Assembly (NCBI GenBank): GCA_951406725.2
Contig: OX597822.1
Span: forward strand, 21,638,001 to 21,702,000
From: Octopus vulgaris
Taxonomy: Eukaryota
DNA: 64,000 bases
Direction of reading: 5' to 3'
In this document: positions 12,440 through 26,981 of the stretch, piece by piece
Layout: every line of letters begins with the position of its first letter
Position numbering within the stretch: position 1 is the stretch's first letter
The notes under the pieces: generated by a model
The model's input: only the letters and a program-made list of their open reading frames with translations
What the model was told of the DNA's origin: nothing
The model's database searches: none
Translations under genes and position numbers: made by a program

Positions 12440-14303
12440 TTTCTCGGTGATCAAGGCAAATGATGACTGGCAAAGCAACAGTGCCCTAATGCTGACATTG
12501 GATGCAATGGCCTGATCTACAATAATGCGCTGATTGAAATCGAGGATGCCCTGCTCAAAATGGGTGGGGTGGCGTTGAACACATTTGGTTTGCCATCCTC
12601 ATTGCAGCAGGACTTCTGTAGTTGTTGTATGATGCTGATGGCCTTGTGGAGTACCTGAGAGTAAATGAACCAAAATTGCTCCCTGATCAGAGGCTGGTGT
12701 ACGAAACTGTTGTCAGTGCCATTGAAAAGCAGGCGGGTGGCATTGTTTTCCTCGATGCTGCTAGAGGTACCGGCAAATACTTTGTAACGCAATTAATATT
12801 TGCTAAGATTTGTCACAAGAAACAAATTGCGATAGCTGTTGCTTCCGTGGGAATTGCTGCTACGTTATTGCCGGAAGGTAGGATGGCACACTTGGTATTC
12901 AAGCTGCCTTTACATTTGGTGAGGGCCAAGGTTCCTACTTGCAACATTGGCAAAAATTCAGAGGAAGCTGAAGTTCTTAGACAGTGTCATCTCATTGTAT
13001 GAGATGAATGGACAATGACCAATAAGGATGCCCTTGAGGCACTGAACCTGTCAATGAAAGGTATCAGGGATTCTACAGCTTCTATGAGTGGTGTAACTCT
13101 ATTGCTTTCAGGAGATTTCCAGCAAACCCTTCCTGTCATCCCTAAAGGGAGCTGGGCTGATGAAGTGCGTGCATGCTTTAAGTCATCCACATTGTGGCTC
13201 CAGCCTATGCACAAACATGCATGTGCACTTGCTTGGTGATAGCACGTCTGCAGCATTTGCTGAAGATATTTTAGCCCTTGGAGAAGGCAAGCTCCCTAGG
13301 AATGATAGGGGCAACATATCTATCTCTGAACTGTGCAACACCATGGACAACCTATCTGATCTTTTGGAAACAGTGTTCCCCAATCTGGAAAGTAATTATG
13401 CAGACATGAATTGACTCAGTGAAAGAACCATCCTGGCCCCCAAAAATGTAGCTGTCAGTGCTATCAACGACCAGCTCATAAGCTGAATTCTGGGTCAGGA
13501 GCGCATCTACAAATTGATTGACCGGACCTCTGACCCCCAAGACATTGTCAATTACCCTATCGAGTTTCTCAACTCATTGGAGCCAGCAGGGCTTCCACCT
13601 CACATTCTTAGGCTAAGGGCTGGATGCCCAATTATGCAAATCAGAAATTTGCTTCCACCTAAACAGTGCAATGGGACCTGCTTAGTAATCAAGTCCCTGA
13701 CGCCCCTCTTGATTGAGGCCACCACTGTTACAGGGTACAGGAGTGGTGAAAATGTTTTCATTTCAAGGATGCAGATTTAACCCTCAGGGTCAGACATGCT
13801 GTTTAACTTCTGCAGATTGCAGTTCCTGGTGAGACCATGCTTTGCCATGTTCATCAACAAACCCCAAGGCCAAATACTATCAGTGGCAGACATCCATTTG
13901 AGGTTTTCCATTCAATCAGGATAAAAAATTGAGAAACCGATTCCTTATAGGATTTCCCACTAAAATTAGCTACACTCCATTTTCAACTGTAACTTTTACC
14001 AATTTTGACATATTTTGCTCAAACTTGATGCCAGCATTACCTAGGACTCATGGAATCTTTGAATGCTTTAAGTTCTCAAAAAAAAACAAAAAAAAAACAA
14101 TCAATGAGTGGAAATAATCGATAAACTGATTCCTTATGGGATTTCCCAATCAAATTGCCTGCAACCCATTTTCAGCCAAACATTTACCAATTTCAATGGA
14201 TTTTACTCAAATTTGATGTCAGTGTCACTTATTTTGGTTTGAAATAAAGCACTTGATCACTTAATAATCCTAACTTAATGCCAGGCAATGCCGGGTAATA
14301 TTC
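12440..14303 (+). mobile_element. Helitron remnant: pseudogenised PIF1-family helicase, subterminal repeats and 3' hairpin
   Basis: Degenerate motifs FLDAARGTGK (Walker A), AVASVGIAATLL, IV*DEWTM, GDFQQTLPV, ILAPKN, EFLNSLEPAGLPPH, CNGT and FAMFINKPQGQ. 3' hairpin gccaggcaatgccgggt at ~14280-14296. No Rep domain seen. Confidence 0.9.
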
Positions 14304-14965
14304 ATCAACATCATCATTGTATAATGTCCACTTTCCATGCTAGCATTGGGTTGGACGATTTGACTGAGGACTGGTGAACCAGATGGCTACACTAGGCTCC
14401 AATCTGATCTGGCAGAGTTTCTACAGCTGGATGCCCTTCCTAATGCCAACCACTCCAAGAGTGTAGTGGGTGCTTTTACATGCCACCGGCATGAGGGCCA
14501 GTCAGGCAGTACTGGCAACGGCCACACTCAAATGGTGTTTTTTATGTGCCACATGCACAGGAGCCAGTCCAGCAGCATGGGCAAAGACCTCGCTTGAATG
14601 TTTTTTTCCCATGCCACTGGCACAGAAGCCGGTTAGCTGCTCTTGCAATGATCACACTAGGAAGGTGCTCTTAGTGCTGCACTAGCATGGATGCCAGTCA
14701 TCGAATTTGATTTTGATTTCAATGTTACTTGCCTCAATAGGTCTTTGCAAACTGAGTTTAGTATCCAATGAAGGAAAGGTATGCATAAGTGGGCTGGTTA
14801 CACCCTTGGCGTAGGCCACAAGGTTATTGTCTCACTTGGGTTGCTGGGTCTTCTCAAGCACACCACATTTCCAAAGGTCTCAGTCACTAGTCATTGCCTT
14901 GGTGAGGCCTAATGTTCGGAGGTCATGTTTCACCACATCTTCCCAGGTCTTCCTGGGTCTACCTC
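14304..14965 (-). mobile_element. RTE-clade LINE 3' end
   Basis: Same 3' UTR and (CAT)n-type tail as 4046-4800, plus the RGRPRKTW coding end. Confidence 0.88.
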
Positions 14966-15676
14966 TTCCACTGTTACTCTAGATCTCTCGCTCAGAGATT
15001 TAGAACAAGTTATATATGTATATATATCTACATACATGCATATATACATATATGTGTGTGTGTGTGTGTGTATGCATGTATATGCTGTTCACTTATATTG
15101 TAATGTTGTAAAGATATATGAATTTTATATCATCATTGTTATTTGAGTAGTTATGCTTATTTACCAGTTTAATTTTTTATTAGCTTAATGTATTAAACAG
15201 TTTGACCTGTGTAGAAACACATCTGTAGAATTTAAGTGACTTAAGAATTTTGTGCTTGTACAAAAAAAGAAAATTCTTATTTTAAATTAAACCATTTTAA
15301 GAGTCAAATTTCTTCTTTTCCCAAGACATCTTGATGATACTTTTAACCAATCTTCCTCACTATCTGTCTTTATCACATCGATTAAATATAAATGATAAAA
15401 TTCCTTTTCTTAACTGCTATATATTGAATGATCTACTGAATTTACATTCAGCTTTCATGTTGTCTGCCTACCAACTGTTGATGGTAGTTTACAATAGATT
15501 AAATTACTATTTTCTTCTGAAGATCTGGCATTCTAAAATGAATAACAGTTGTCTGTGTAATGGTTGCCACATGACATAATAGTAAACACATGTAAATATT
15601 ATGTAATGTTTTATGCTATAATAGAAAGATTAACTGATTCTGCTATTTTAGTCTCCTCTTGACTATATATACATAC

Positions 15677-15720
<44 letters not shown>

Positions 15721-18152
15721 TCATCACCATCATCAACATATATGTGTGTGCATACGTGTTTGTGTTCCCTTATCTTGACATTGCATGCTCATTGTAAACA
15801 GTCACCAGTGCCATACAAGTGGTGTAGTTCATTTGTAATTCTGCATGGAAACACAACCAAATATTGTGCTGATTATATCTGAAGGAAGACAGAAAATAAT
15901 ATCTTACTTGAAAACAACTGAGGGTTATTGGCAGCCATAGAAATTGGTATCAAGAAAATTTCATCTTAACCCATGTCACCATGGATAAGTAAGGCATCTT
16001 GTTGATGATGATGGTGGTGGTTGTGTGTGTATAAGGTTTTAGTTTGGAAGGTAGTGACATAAAATATTTGACATTTATAATCACAAAGAGTCTTGTTTTG
16101 TGCTTTGGATAAAACAGTGCAGGCAGACGTTGTATAGTTCTCAGTTTAATCCAACTGTCGAGCATCTTGGGCTAGTGTCCTCCACCATGTATCTTTCCTT
16201 GCTTTTAAGGTTTTAGAGATTTAATCAGGTTTGATATATAGAACAATGTATTGTTTTCTTCAGCTATCAATATTTTGCTATAATGGATAGCCCACAATAA
16301 TAGTTAGTAAATTAAGAGCTGATAACACAAATCAGCATAGGAAAATGTAAGTAAAAGTGATGATGATGATAATGTCTAAATGATGATGATGTATGTGTAC
16401 ACACATATATGCATATGTCTGAATTTACAAACAAGAGCGTAAGTACTCAGTATTGAAGTAGTCTACAAATAATTAATGTAGGTGTAGGTTTATTACTTCT
16501 CAGTTTCATGATCATTGTTAGTAATGTAACTGATTTCTGGTGTTAAAGACATACTATGATATGAGGAAACAGCTATTTACACCCTTCTTCTCTATTGAGT
16601 ATTTACTTTACCTCTTTTTTTTATAAATCAAACATATTCACATTTATTTTTCATTTGCTGGGCACTACAAATCAGCAAAGACCTATTTGCATGATGAGGC
16701 AACATCTTGTCATATGATGAGAAATACGTACATGAAATATCTCATTGTGGAAAAAATAGAAAATATTCCACCTCATTCTCTATTCTAAACAAAAAATTTT
16801 CTGTGACCCAATGACTATTTGATTAACTGAAAAGAGAAAAATATAGATTTCATAACCACAAATATCCAGCAGAATATAAAACGTTCCAAACATTTTTGAT
16901 AGTTAATAATATAAAATTCTTTCAACAACTTTCATGACTAAAATACATCTGAAGACATAAAAAAAAACCCACTCCTACTAACAGGTTATTTTTTCAATTG
17001 TAGCAAAAACAAAGAAAGCAACAAATTCTAAAATGTACAACGATACCAATATTGAAGCATGTACAAAAATATTTCCACTTAAGATAGATGATAGAGCTGA
17101 ATGCCTGGTTAAGTGTCAACCTTATATAACCTTTAAAAACTACAGGATAACTTTTAAAATAATCCCACATAGAGACTAATCTATCCAGCATAAATTGTAG
17201 TAGGTGAAATTAGCAAATAAATTTTAGGTTCTAGTAATACAAAAATTATACTATACAGAATACTAATGTAACATTATAGAAATGCAACATGTTAACATAC
17301 AATGTAGAAACAATTGCAGATTTGCTCAATAGTGGACGTTTTACCTGCTATGAAAGCTTTTGTTTTTCAAAGCTCTTCTCTGACAAGAATGAAACCAGTA
17401 TTAATAATGAGTACTCAGGTTAAATGCAAAGGTAGTGAGCTTTTTGATGTAACTTTGCATATTTATAGTGAAGCTAAGGTTTGAGTCATTATGATGTTAT
17501 ACATTAGATTTGTTTAGAAAAAGTTCTCCATTTAGTATTAAGTCTGGTTGTATCATTCTTCTTTAATAGCTCTACAGAAAATAGATTCAGAGAAACCTTC
17601 TGAGAATTTAGTCTCAAAAAATACTGTCAATACAAATTCTGAAATTGCTAATTTACTGAATATCACTTCAATCTTAAAATCTTGCAAATATCTCCCCTAC
17701 AGAAAAATACATGTACACAAATATAAATAAGAAAAGACAATATCTGCTTAATCTCCATTTTAGTTGAAATGTCATTCTTCATATAGTGAAAAATTTCCCA
17801 GATCTAATACTTTGGCACTTCCTTGACTTACACAAATACCAAAAATATTCTAAGAAAAAAAAAATACAGTAAAGGTTAATTATTAGTTGTTCTGATAATC
17901 TCACTACTTTAATATCGAAGCTCAGCAGAAGAAATTACAAACACAAACTGGTCTGAAGATCCATTTCAATACATCTGTTGCATTACTACTTCCTTTCCCT
18001 TAATAGAGACTACGATGATAAACCAGTGGCATATTGAACCAAAGTCTCTTCATGTGATGATAGAGGTAGAAACTCTATTGGACTGACAGCCAATACTTTT
18101 AAAATCATTTCTCTTTTCAGCATGCAGAATACAGAAACCGTCATTAGTAAAC

Positions 18153-19401
18153 TATTGGATCATCCTATAAATAATCTGATTTTTTTTCCTAGTTTCTTTA
18201 TTTTTCAAAATTAAGGTGAACAAAGTTCTTTTTTAATCAAAAATATGCTCTCCTTCATTTTCTACAATGCTCTTCCATCTATCTGGTAGACTTGCAAAGC
18301 CCCTCTTCAACATTCACTTGTCCATGATGAAAAATATTCCTCCAGTACTGTTCTGACCTCGTCTACAGAATTCATATTTTTTCTGTCCAAATGATTTTGA
18401 AGACTGCAGAATAAATGATAATCTGATGGGTCGATGTCTGGTGAATATGGTGGGTGGGACATCGTTTCCCATTGAAACTGCTCCAGCCTTTGGAATGTCA
18501 GCTGCATTGTATGTGGCTGATCATTATCCTGATAGAATACCTTTCATCTTGAAATCAAAGATGGTCGTTTTTCTTCTAGCACTGACTTAAGCCACTCAAG
18601 CTGCTCACAGTAGATCTCCTTTGTTATCGTTTGGTTAGGGTTTTAAAAGTTCAAAGTGGACTAAACATTTCATATCCCATCAAATAGATAACAACACCTT
18701 ACATGGGTGACGACCTTCTTTAGCTTGGGGTGGCCATGTTTCTCCTTTCCCTACTCACTGTCTTTGACACTTGACATTTTTATAGAGAACCTATTTCATG
18801 TTACCAGTCACTATTCGGTCCAAAAAGTGTTCTTTTGTGAGACATGACAGCAAAGAAGAGCATACTTTCACTCTCCGTCCACGATTAGACTCGAAAAGTT
18901 TGTGAGGAACCATTGACCTAATTTGATGACTTTTCCAATGGCATACAGGTATCGATGAATGGTTGAATGACCAAATCCAAGCTTCTCTGCTAGTTCCTCA
19001 ACAGTTATGATAGGATTTTTTTTCACCAGTGTTTCCAGGACGACTTTCTCGATCTCTACAGATATTTTGGGACAAGGCTCATCTTTTAGGCTGTAGTTTC
19101 CCCCTTAGAATTTCTGGAACCACCATTGACACCGACTTACACTTATTGTCTGATCTCCATCCCTATGCTGCATTAATATTCCTCACACTTTCTGCTGCAT
19201 TATTGCCTTTATTGAACTCATAAAGCAAAATATGCTGAATATATTCCTTTGTCACTTCCATTATAGCTTTGAAAAAATAACTATTAAAATCGAACTGCAG
19301 GCTTCAAAACTTGCACTAAGAATAAGGACAAGATAAAATTACTACTTGCTTTTAGTTCATGCAATTGAAAATAACCACATTATTTTGGGGAAGACCGAAT
19401 A
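18153..19401 (-). mobile_element. Near full-length degenerate mariner transposon (transposase pseudogene ~18234-19261)
   Basis: Reads MEVTKEYIQHILLYEF, frameshifted W(V)PHKL, FLDRIVTG, HPPYSPDIDPSDYHLF, LPDRWKSIVENEGEH. Imperfect TIRs tattggatcatcctataaataat and attattttggggaagaccgaata with TA ends; ~1.25 kb. Confidence 0.92.
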
Positions 19402-22400
19402 TATGTGGAACCTTGAGGAAAATAAACTTGCAAACATGAAAATATACTAGCCCAGCAAAGACCTTAAAGATCCTAACAATGCATTATACTTAAATACTAT
19501 AGTAAATATAAACCTGTCTTTAAGTCTTGATACAAAATCAGCACCTCTTGGCACAATACCAATGATACACAGGCTAAAGTTTTGGATCTGTTAACATTGA
19601 TCAACAAAAATAAATTATTTTTGCACAAAGCATTTTAAATAAAAATTTATAGAAATCACATCATAAAATATTAACTTTGTTAAAAACACCTCAAGTTCTA
19701 TAATAACACTGTTTACATCAACTAATGTTTTTTTTTCATTAGTTTTTTATTTTATTCTTTTATATTTTTAGTGTTCTTTTTTATGTTCTTCAGTATTTAT
19801 TCTTCTGCCTACACACACACACACACACACTCACACACACTATGGCAAATATAAACTTGTCTTTCAATCTTAATACAAGATCATACAAACACACACACAC
19901 ACATATAATGTACATATTTTTTCGCATTTCATATTTTATTAATATTTTTCTGCATTAGTTATACTAAAGTGTGTGTATGTGAGTGAGTGCATGTGTGTAG
20001 AAAACTACCTCAACAAGTCTCATTCCAATCATATCACACTTTATATTTCAATACATACTTCCTTACATACAATTTAAAGTGGCAACTTGGCAAAGTTGAT
20101 AGAATGGTTTGAGATATCAGTTCAAGTATCTTTTTCTGCACACTGGGTTCAAATCCTACTAAGGTCAACAGGTCAACTTTGACTTTCAGCTTTGCTAGAA
20201 TTGCTGAAATGAATACTACAAGGCATTCTACCTTTTGCTATCCCATTTCTAGCTGTTCAAAAACATTCATTACTAGAAAATATAATTTGAACTATTATAA
20301 ATTTTATTCCATGTTTAGTAAGATGAAATGGATGCAATTCATTAAAGCCAAAAATAGGACGTAGAATTTGAATATCATGATGGTGAAATGTCAGGTAAGC
20401 TGAAAAATAGGTGGGCTTCGTTAAAAGTAGGTATGCTGAAATAAATGGTAAAGCTTGAAAAAATCCAGAGGAGGAGGTGACTGTAGTAATACATATGTTA
20501 AAGAAGGAAATTTTAGCATTTAATTGAAGATGGTGGGGGTGGGGTGAAATTGGATAAATATACCGAGTAGCTGTTGAAATTGAGAAAATAATGATGGAAG
20601 TAAATTAAGTGGAAATTTTTAAAAAGATAATTTGTGTATTATTAAAAACAATGTAATTAAATGTCATCAATTTCTGTGTTTCTATGTGATGGAGAAGTAT
20701 ATAATATTCTGAAAATTTCTGTTAATAAAAATTATTTTGTCACTGGGTAGCAGAACAAACAATATAATAGAATATGATATTGGTAGATATCCCACACAAA
20801 CATGCACAGTTATCAAGAAATGAATATATGCTTGATGAGCCACAGAGCAAGATAACTAATTGGTGGTGTGAGACATAACTGTTTGAATGCTTTGCAGCCA
20901 TATAATTTTAGATTCGATCCCATCAGGTACCTTTTCTTGGCTAACACCCCAAGATAACCAAAGCTCTGGGAGTGATTATTACTAGATGGAAACTAAAAGA
21001 ATTTTGTCATATCTGTTTGTGTATGAGTGTTTGTATGTGAGTGCATTTTTGTGTGCTTACATTTGTACTTCTATGAAAATTCACTGACATACAAGTAGTG
21101 ATATTGTTGCCATTTCCTTTGACAAAAAAAAAAAATCATCTGTTGGCTCATAGTTGGAAATGTTGAGTAAGAGAACTCTTACTTGTAAATCAGAAAACGT
21201 TAGCAATAGAGGGCTTTCCATTATAAAACAATGTCTCAGCATGGAAATACTGATGTGAAAATGAATGAATACTTAAAAATATTGGCTTTCACACATCATC
21301 AAAGATGACTTGGTATCAAGCTTGTACCACCATGTGTTGCTAATGACTTTACATGGATGTGCAATTACTAGCAGGCACATACACTCTTTCAGCCCACTCA
21401 TCTTTGATCCAGTAGAATATCCTAGAGAGTAGAAGAGCTGATACTTTATTCATTGCTCCCAGAAAAGGGAAAGGCAAAGCTGACCTCAACGAAATTTCAA
21501 CTAATGGCATAGACACTAAATATCACAACCAACACCCTAAGAACTGTACCCATTTATTAACTGCTTAATATATGCCTAGATATGTGTGTGTATATGTGAG
21601 CAAACAAAAGAAACTGTTTGAAAGTGTTTTTAAAAGGTTTACTCAGTCTCACATTACTCAATATTTCATAGATATAAATAGCCACCTAGCTGGACAGATA
21701 TCTTGGCTTAAAGGGACAAGAAAGAAAAATGGCTTCTAAATGAGAATATTCAAGGGACTTCTATTGGTTAGTTCATGTCTTGTATGAAATTAGGTAAATC
21801 AGCAACAAAATATATAATTTTGTTTATGTTCTGTGTGGTTGAGGAGAAAGTCTAGTGGTGCCTGCTGATCTACAGCTTTCACAAACATAATGATATCAAA
21901 AAGAGGAAAGAAAGATTGGAATGGAATATGTGCCTATTGTTCCACATAATGGGATAACTGATTTGTTGATGCCATGTTGCAAATGAATGTTAGCAACATT
22001 ACATAGTGTACCTGTGGAGTCATGTTATTGGGCAAGGTGTTGTATATGATGTTTAATGTATATGTAACTGGGTGGTCATTGAAAGAGGAATAGTCTGATT
22101 TTGGGCCAGCTAGAGTTATTATGGTACTTCTGAGGTACTAATTAATGGCTGAAAGTTAATTAACAGGGAAATCTCTGTTAGCAACAATTTTTCTGTTGAT
22201 GAATTCTGTAGACTGTTATAGTATATGCCATTCTCATAGAGGTAGAGTTTTCAATTATGGATTCCAGGTGAATAAGTAGGAGATCTCTCAATGTTGCTCC
22301 TCTTGATGTTGGGGGAGTTTTTTCTTTGGTTCTGGGGTCTTCAGAGGAAGCAGAGCAAAGAGGAGGAGTTTTCACTGTAAGTCATTGGTATAAAATTACA

Positions 22401-22639
22401 GCAATTAAAATATATGTTAAGACATATTTTATACAAATATAAACATATATGAATACAGGCTTATCTTTCACATACATGTATGTACATAACATATCAGAGA
22501 TATGTTCATCTTAAATTTAAAGCAAAGCAATTATTTAAAATAAACTTAATTTTAATATTATTATTCAATTTTCTTTTGATTTCATTTCATTTTAAGTAAA
22601 ATGTCATCAACTTACTGATTTTCTTTAACTTTTTTCTAG

Positions 22640-22913
22640 GTATTTGGCCACAACACATTTTGAACCGGCATCTGCTCGGCTGGCATTTCCTTGTTTTGAT
22701 GAGCCGGACAAGAAAGCAAATTTCACACTGTTTATGGTGAGAGAACAACGTCACAAAACTCTGTTCAATATGCCTTTAAAGGCAACTACATCTTATATTC
22801 ATGGACTTTTCTTGGATTCTTTTGGTACAACACCAAAAATGAGTACCTACCTAGTTTCATTTGTTGTTTCTGATTTTGCATCAGTCAGTGGAATAAGCAG
22901 AAGTGGAATTAAG
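22640..22913 (+). CDS. Internal exon of an M1-family zinc aminopeptidase (aminopeptidase N / A / ERAP-like), N-terminal domain
   Basis: Translates YLATTHFEPASARLAFPCFDEPDKKANF...LFNMP...TPKMSTYLVSFVVSDF...SGIK, with hallmark M1 motifs. Polypyrimidine tract plus AG ends at 22639; GT donor (aag|gtaaat) at 22914; no stops. Orthologue not assignable from one exon. Confidence 0.95.
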
Positions 22914-23086
22914 GTAAATCATCAACATTATTTATTTTCGGCACAATTATCTCCCTATTTCTCTTTGTTGTAATTTATGTTTCTCACTTTTGTTTTGTAT
23001 GTGTGTGTATAATACATTTGTTTCTATATATATTATAAATGCATATAGACATTCTTATATTTAACCTATATAGGTAGAATTTCTAT

Positions 23087-23110
23087 AATATAAATAATAA
23101 TAATAATATT

Positions 23111-23163
<53 letters not shown>

Positions 23164-23795
23164 GGAAATTATTGTATACAGTGCTCAGGTGCACCACAAC
23201 TTGTCAAAAGTGCGTATAAAGAATATGCAGTAATGTACAAATGTCTGGGAAGCGAACAGTGTAAGAGTCAGATACATGCCTGCGTGTGTATAGAGGGGAG
23301 AAAATCAGGTGTAGTGTTGGTGAATCTCAGGAAGCATGGAAGTTTTGAAGGATGCAGTGCTCCGACAACTAACAACTGATGTCTGCAATTTGTTACATGC
23401 TTCAGCAACGCTTAGCTTGAAAAAATGTTTCCTAAAGTCATGGGGGCTGTGCTGCTTTCTGACTTTGTAAACATTTCCATGGGTGTTAGATGGGTGGAGT
23501 TTAAAAAGGTGCTCAGAGTTATTGTTAGTAAGATGGTTAATAATTTTATGGATGTCTGCCAAGTCAGCTGCCAGACATCGGAGTTTCAATGTATCCATGC
23601 CCAGGGAAATAAAGCATTCAGAATATGGCAAATGCCTGATGGAGGGTATTCTCTTGGCTGCACGTCGCTGAATGGTTTCCAGACGATTAATATCCTTGGC
23701 ATGATAGGGGTTCCAGACCAGTGATGCAAATTCTAGGTGAGGCCACACCATAGCTATATAAAGCCTCAGATAGATAGCCGGAAAGCAGCTCACAA
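23087..23795 (-). mobile_element. CR1-group LINE 3' fragment with (TTA)n tail
   Basis: LYIAMVWPHLEFASLVWNPY...LETIQRRAAK...RKHFF is a typical CR1 ORF2 C-terminus. (AAT)n run at 23087-23163. Confidence 0.9.
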
Positions 23796-24129
23796 AGGAT
23801 GCAACAGTTAATGAGATCACATGCAGAGTGTCAGAAATAGAAAACATGTGTGGCTGGTGCAAAGCAGTAGTTAGTAACAAGAATACATGAAAAATAAACT
23901 TTTACAGATACTCAGAAGACTCTCAAAAAGTAGTTGACAAATGAATGAAGTCCTTAGTGATATTTTTTCTGTACCAAATTACAGACACTTCCTTGCCACT
24001 TTCACCATCAGAAGTAAGCTGAACAAGTTATTGGCTCAGTGATTAGAACCAGTCATTAGCCCATAACAATAATTTTGTTGCTTACCTATTGCAATATAAA
24101 ATAAATAATTTCTTGCACACTTCTCTTTG

Positions 24130-24420
24130 CTGAAGTGCATAGCTTAGTAGTTATGGTATTTGGCTTACAATCGTAAGGTCATGAATTCAATACCTGGCAG
24201 CATGTTGTGTCCTTGAGCAAGACACTTTATTTCACATTGCTCCATTTCACTCACCTGATAAAAATGAGTAGCACCTGTGTCATACTGAATCTCCTTGAGA
24301 AGTACATCAAGGGTACATGCGTCTGTGGGGTGCTCAGCCACTTGCATGTCAATTTTCCAAGCAAGCGGTTCCATTGATCAGATCAACTGGAACCCTCGTT
24401 ATTGTAATCAATGGAGAGCT
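24130..24420 (+). mobile_element. tRNA-derived SINE, family D
   Basis: A/B-box-like head followed by gttgtgtccttgagcaagacactttatttcac, which is shared with 54270-54580. Confidence 0.75.
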
Positions 24421-25146
24421 ATTTAAAAAAAAAAAAAAATTATTTTGAATTCCCAAGTGGATACAATAGTAAGCCTCTCTTCATGGGTTAACAGCTTCAA
24501 TTCACCTTGATACCAGATCACTTGGATCACAGGGTCTATGCTACTTGGAATATATAAATATCATATCCATCAATGATTTGGCAAATGATACAAAATGACA
24601 GGTACCAACCAACCTGGAAGCATAAATTTTGGGGAAGCTTAAGACAAATTTACTTAGCTATCTCTATTCCAGATCTGGATAAGATAATTCATTTTGGCAG
24701 TATTAAATTCTGTAGAAATATGTGACACCATTTCATTTCAAGTTCAGCTTAGCATGAACTCGGTGTTTATTTAGTAAATCAATGAACATTGTTTAATCAG
24801 CTAATAAATTTATTGTTCTATGAAGTAGTGAACATATTGTGTAATAAACCAATGGGGATATCATTTAATGAACTAGTAAGCATGTAGTTCAATGATATTG
24901 TTAAAAAAATTAGTAAAAATACTGTTTCATAAACAAGTAAACATAAGTTTTCTCTGATGTTTCCTCATCAGTCAGGTCTGTCGATGTGTTTTTATTAATT
25001 CTAGTTTTAACTCCTAATCATTAACTGATGGGTGGTTTGCATTTGGTCTTTCATGGGTGTGTATGTGTGTCTGTGCCCTTGTGTGACCATGTGTCATATG
25101 ATATGTGACTACATACATTAGTTAGCAGGCATAGGAGTGTCTGTGT

Positions 25147-25193
<47 letters not shown>

Positions 25194-25404
25194 ATGCACA
25201 TGTGCATTTATTTGATTCCAAGTCTAATGAATAGACACACACACTCCCTGGAAATGAAAAGAGAGAAATAAGGCGACTAATGAAAGACTGACAGACAGAA
25301 AGAGGGACAAACTGACAAGAAAGAGAGAGGTGTTAGAAAGAAATGGAGACAGGCAGGGTAAGAGAAAGAGAATGATGGAAAGAGATAGAGAAGAAGAATA
25401 GTGA

Positions 25405-25525
25405 AAGGGAGTGAGAGAGAGAGGGGTGAGAAAGAGAGAGACAGAGAGTGAGAAAGAGAGAGAGGGAGTGAGAAAGAGAGAGAGGGAGTGAGAAAGAGAG
25501 AGAGAGTGAGAAAGAGAGAGGGAGA
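25405..25525. repeat. GA-rich ~20-bp minisatellite
   Basis: Repeated gagtgagaaagagagagagg units. Confidence 0.85.
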
Positions 25526-26981
25526 AAATAACCAAAAATTTGGGATAATCAGCTTTCCATTGTTGTTTTGGTATAAATATAATACAAAACAACATCATTG
25601 ACATGTTACCAAATTTTATGATTTTTCTGTGGTTTTCCTGTCTGTTAATTTTTCTTGCTACTGTTATTATTATGATCTAATTTCATTTTCTCATTATTTT
25701 CACACTAAAACATTAATAAATATACTGAGCAAAACAAACATAACTGGAACTACAGTGTCATTGTCAACAGTGATATAAGGTGATTTCACTACTCTAGTTT
25801 ATTCTACATATTCTTCTGCTTGTTTAAATGTTTGTCTATGAAACCCAGTAGAAATATGATTACTCTGATATTTACTTGTCAAGTCTCTGATGTTTTTCCA
25901 GCTGACCAGTGACTGTGTCATGTTCTATATGTTTGCCCATCAAACAAGAACGTGTATTATACACATTCTAAGTATTTGAAGTTTAAAAAATGAAAATAAA
26001 AATCAGTGTAGCTGATATTATGTTCTCTGTATGGTTTATTTCTCACGTCACTGAATCAATATTATATACTGCCCGTTTGATATTGTTAGTCAATGATACA
26101 TGCATACATACATATATACATACATACATACATTGTATATATATATATAGTTATATATGTGTATATATATAACTATATATATGTGTGTGTGGTGTGTGTG
26201 TGTGTGTGTGTGTGCTGCCCTTCCCATAATTCATAATCATACATACATGATGCTTTTATAAAGCCACTCAGGCTGGTATATTTAAAGGAAAGGGTGAAAT
26301 TAGAGGTTAGTTGTGTTATCCTTTGACAACCAGTGCATTCTTGGAACAAGTAGCACAACATAGACAAGAATTTCATGACCAAATTTTAATCGGAAAATAT
26401 TGGATACTGCCACTACAGTGCCTTGTACTTCTTACAGCCAGTTGGTCTCGTACTGTCTCCTCTCAGAAACACCCAGATCATACATCTGTTCTCTTCTTGT
26501 CTCCCAGTTCATGCCCTTGTCCCTTCGCCATTTTTACTCTGGATGCATCAATAACCATTAATCCGATCCTTCTTCCTCTGCCTGTCTTTTTTACTTTGTT
26601 CCATCAATACCCATGTTTGTCTTGCAATTGTTATGTTAGTGGTTTGGTCTGTAGGAAGAGATTATATCCTTGGTCTTTGAAGTTCCTCCAAGACCAGTGA
26701 GATGGATGATGTTGAAGTTGTTCAAAAAGAGCATCCAACATCACCCACATCCATTTCACCAATCTTGGTGTAACTCCAGGATGAAGGACACGCCTTCTTC
26801 CTCAACACCAAACCATTAAAAATTAAGGAAAAACTAATAGACTTTTTTTTTAGTTTTAATAATTCGATAAAAATAAAAATCCTAAACTTGAAAGTGTTAA
26901 ATGAAGGTAGTGAAGAATGTGTCTTAGAAATGCTAGTAATCACTTTCAAGGTTTTAGTCAATGGTATTAATTTACTACCAA

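Noticed and set aside
12622-13780. Host PIF1 helicase gene
   Set aside because: Intronless, with stops, frameshifts and a mutated Walker A, and followed by a Helitron-type hairpin. It is a transposon remnant.
22914-22973. Extension of the aminopeptidase ORF
   Set aside because: Lies past the GT donor and similarity to M1 peptidases ends; intronic read-through.
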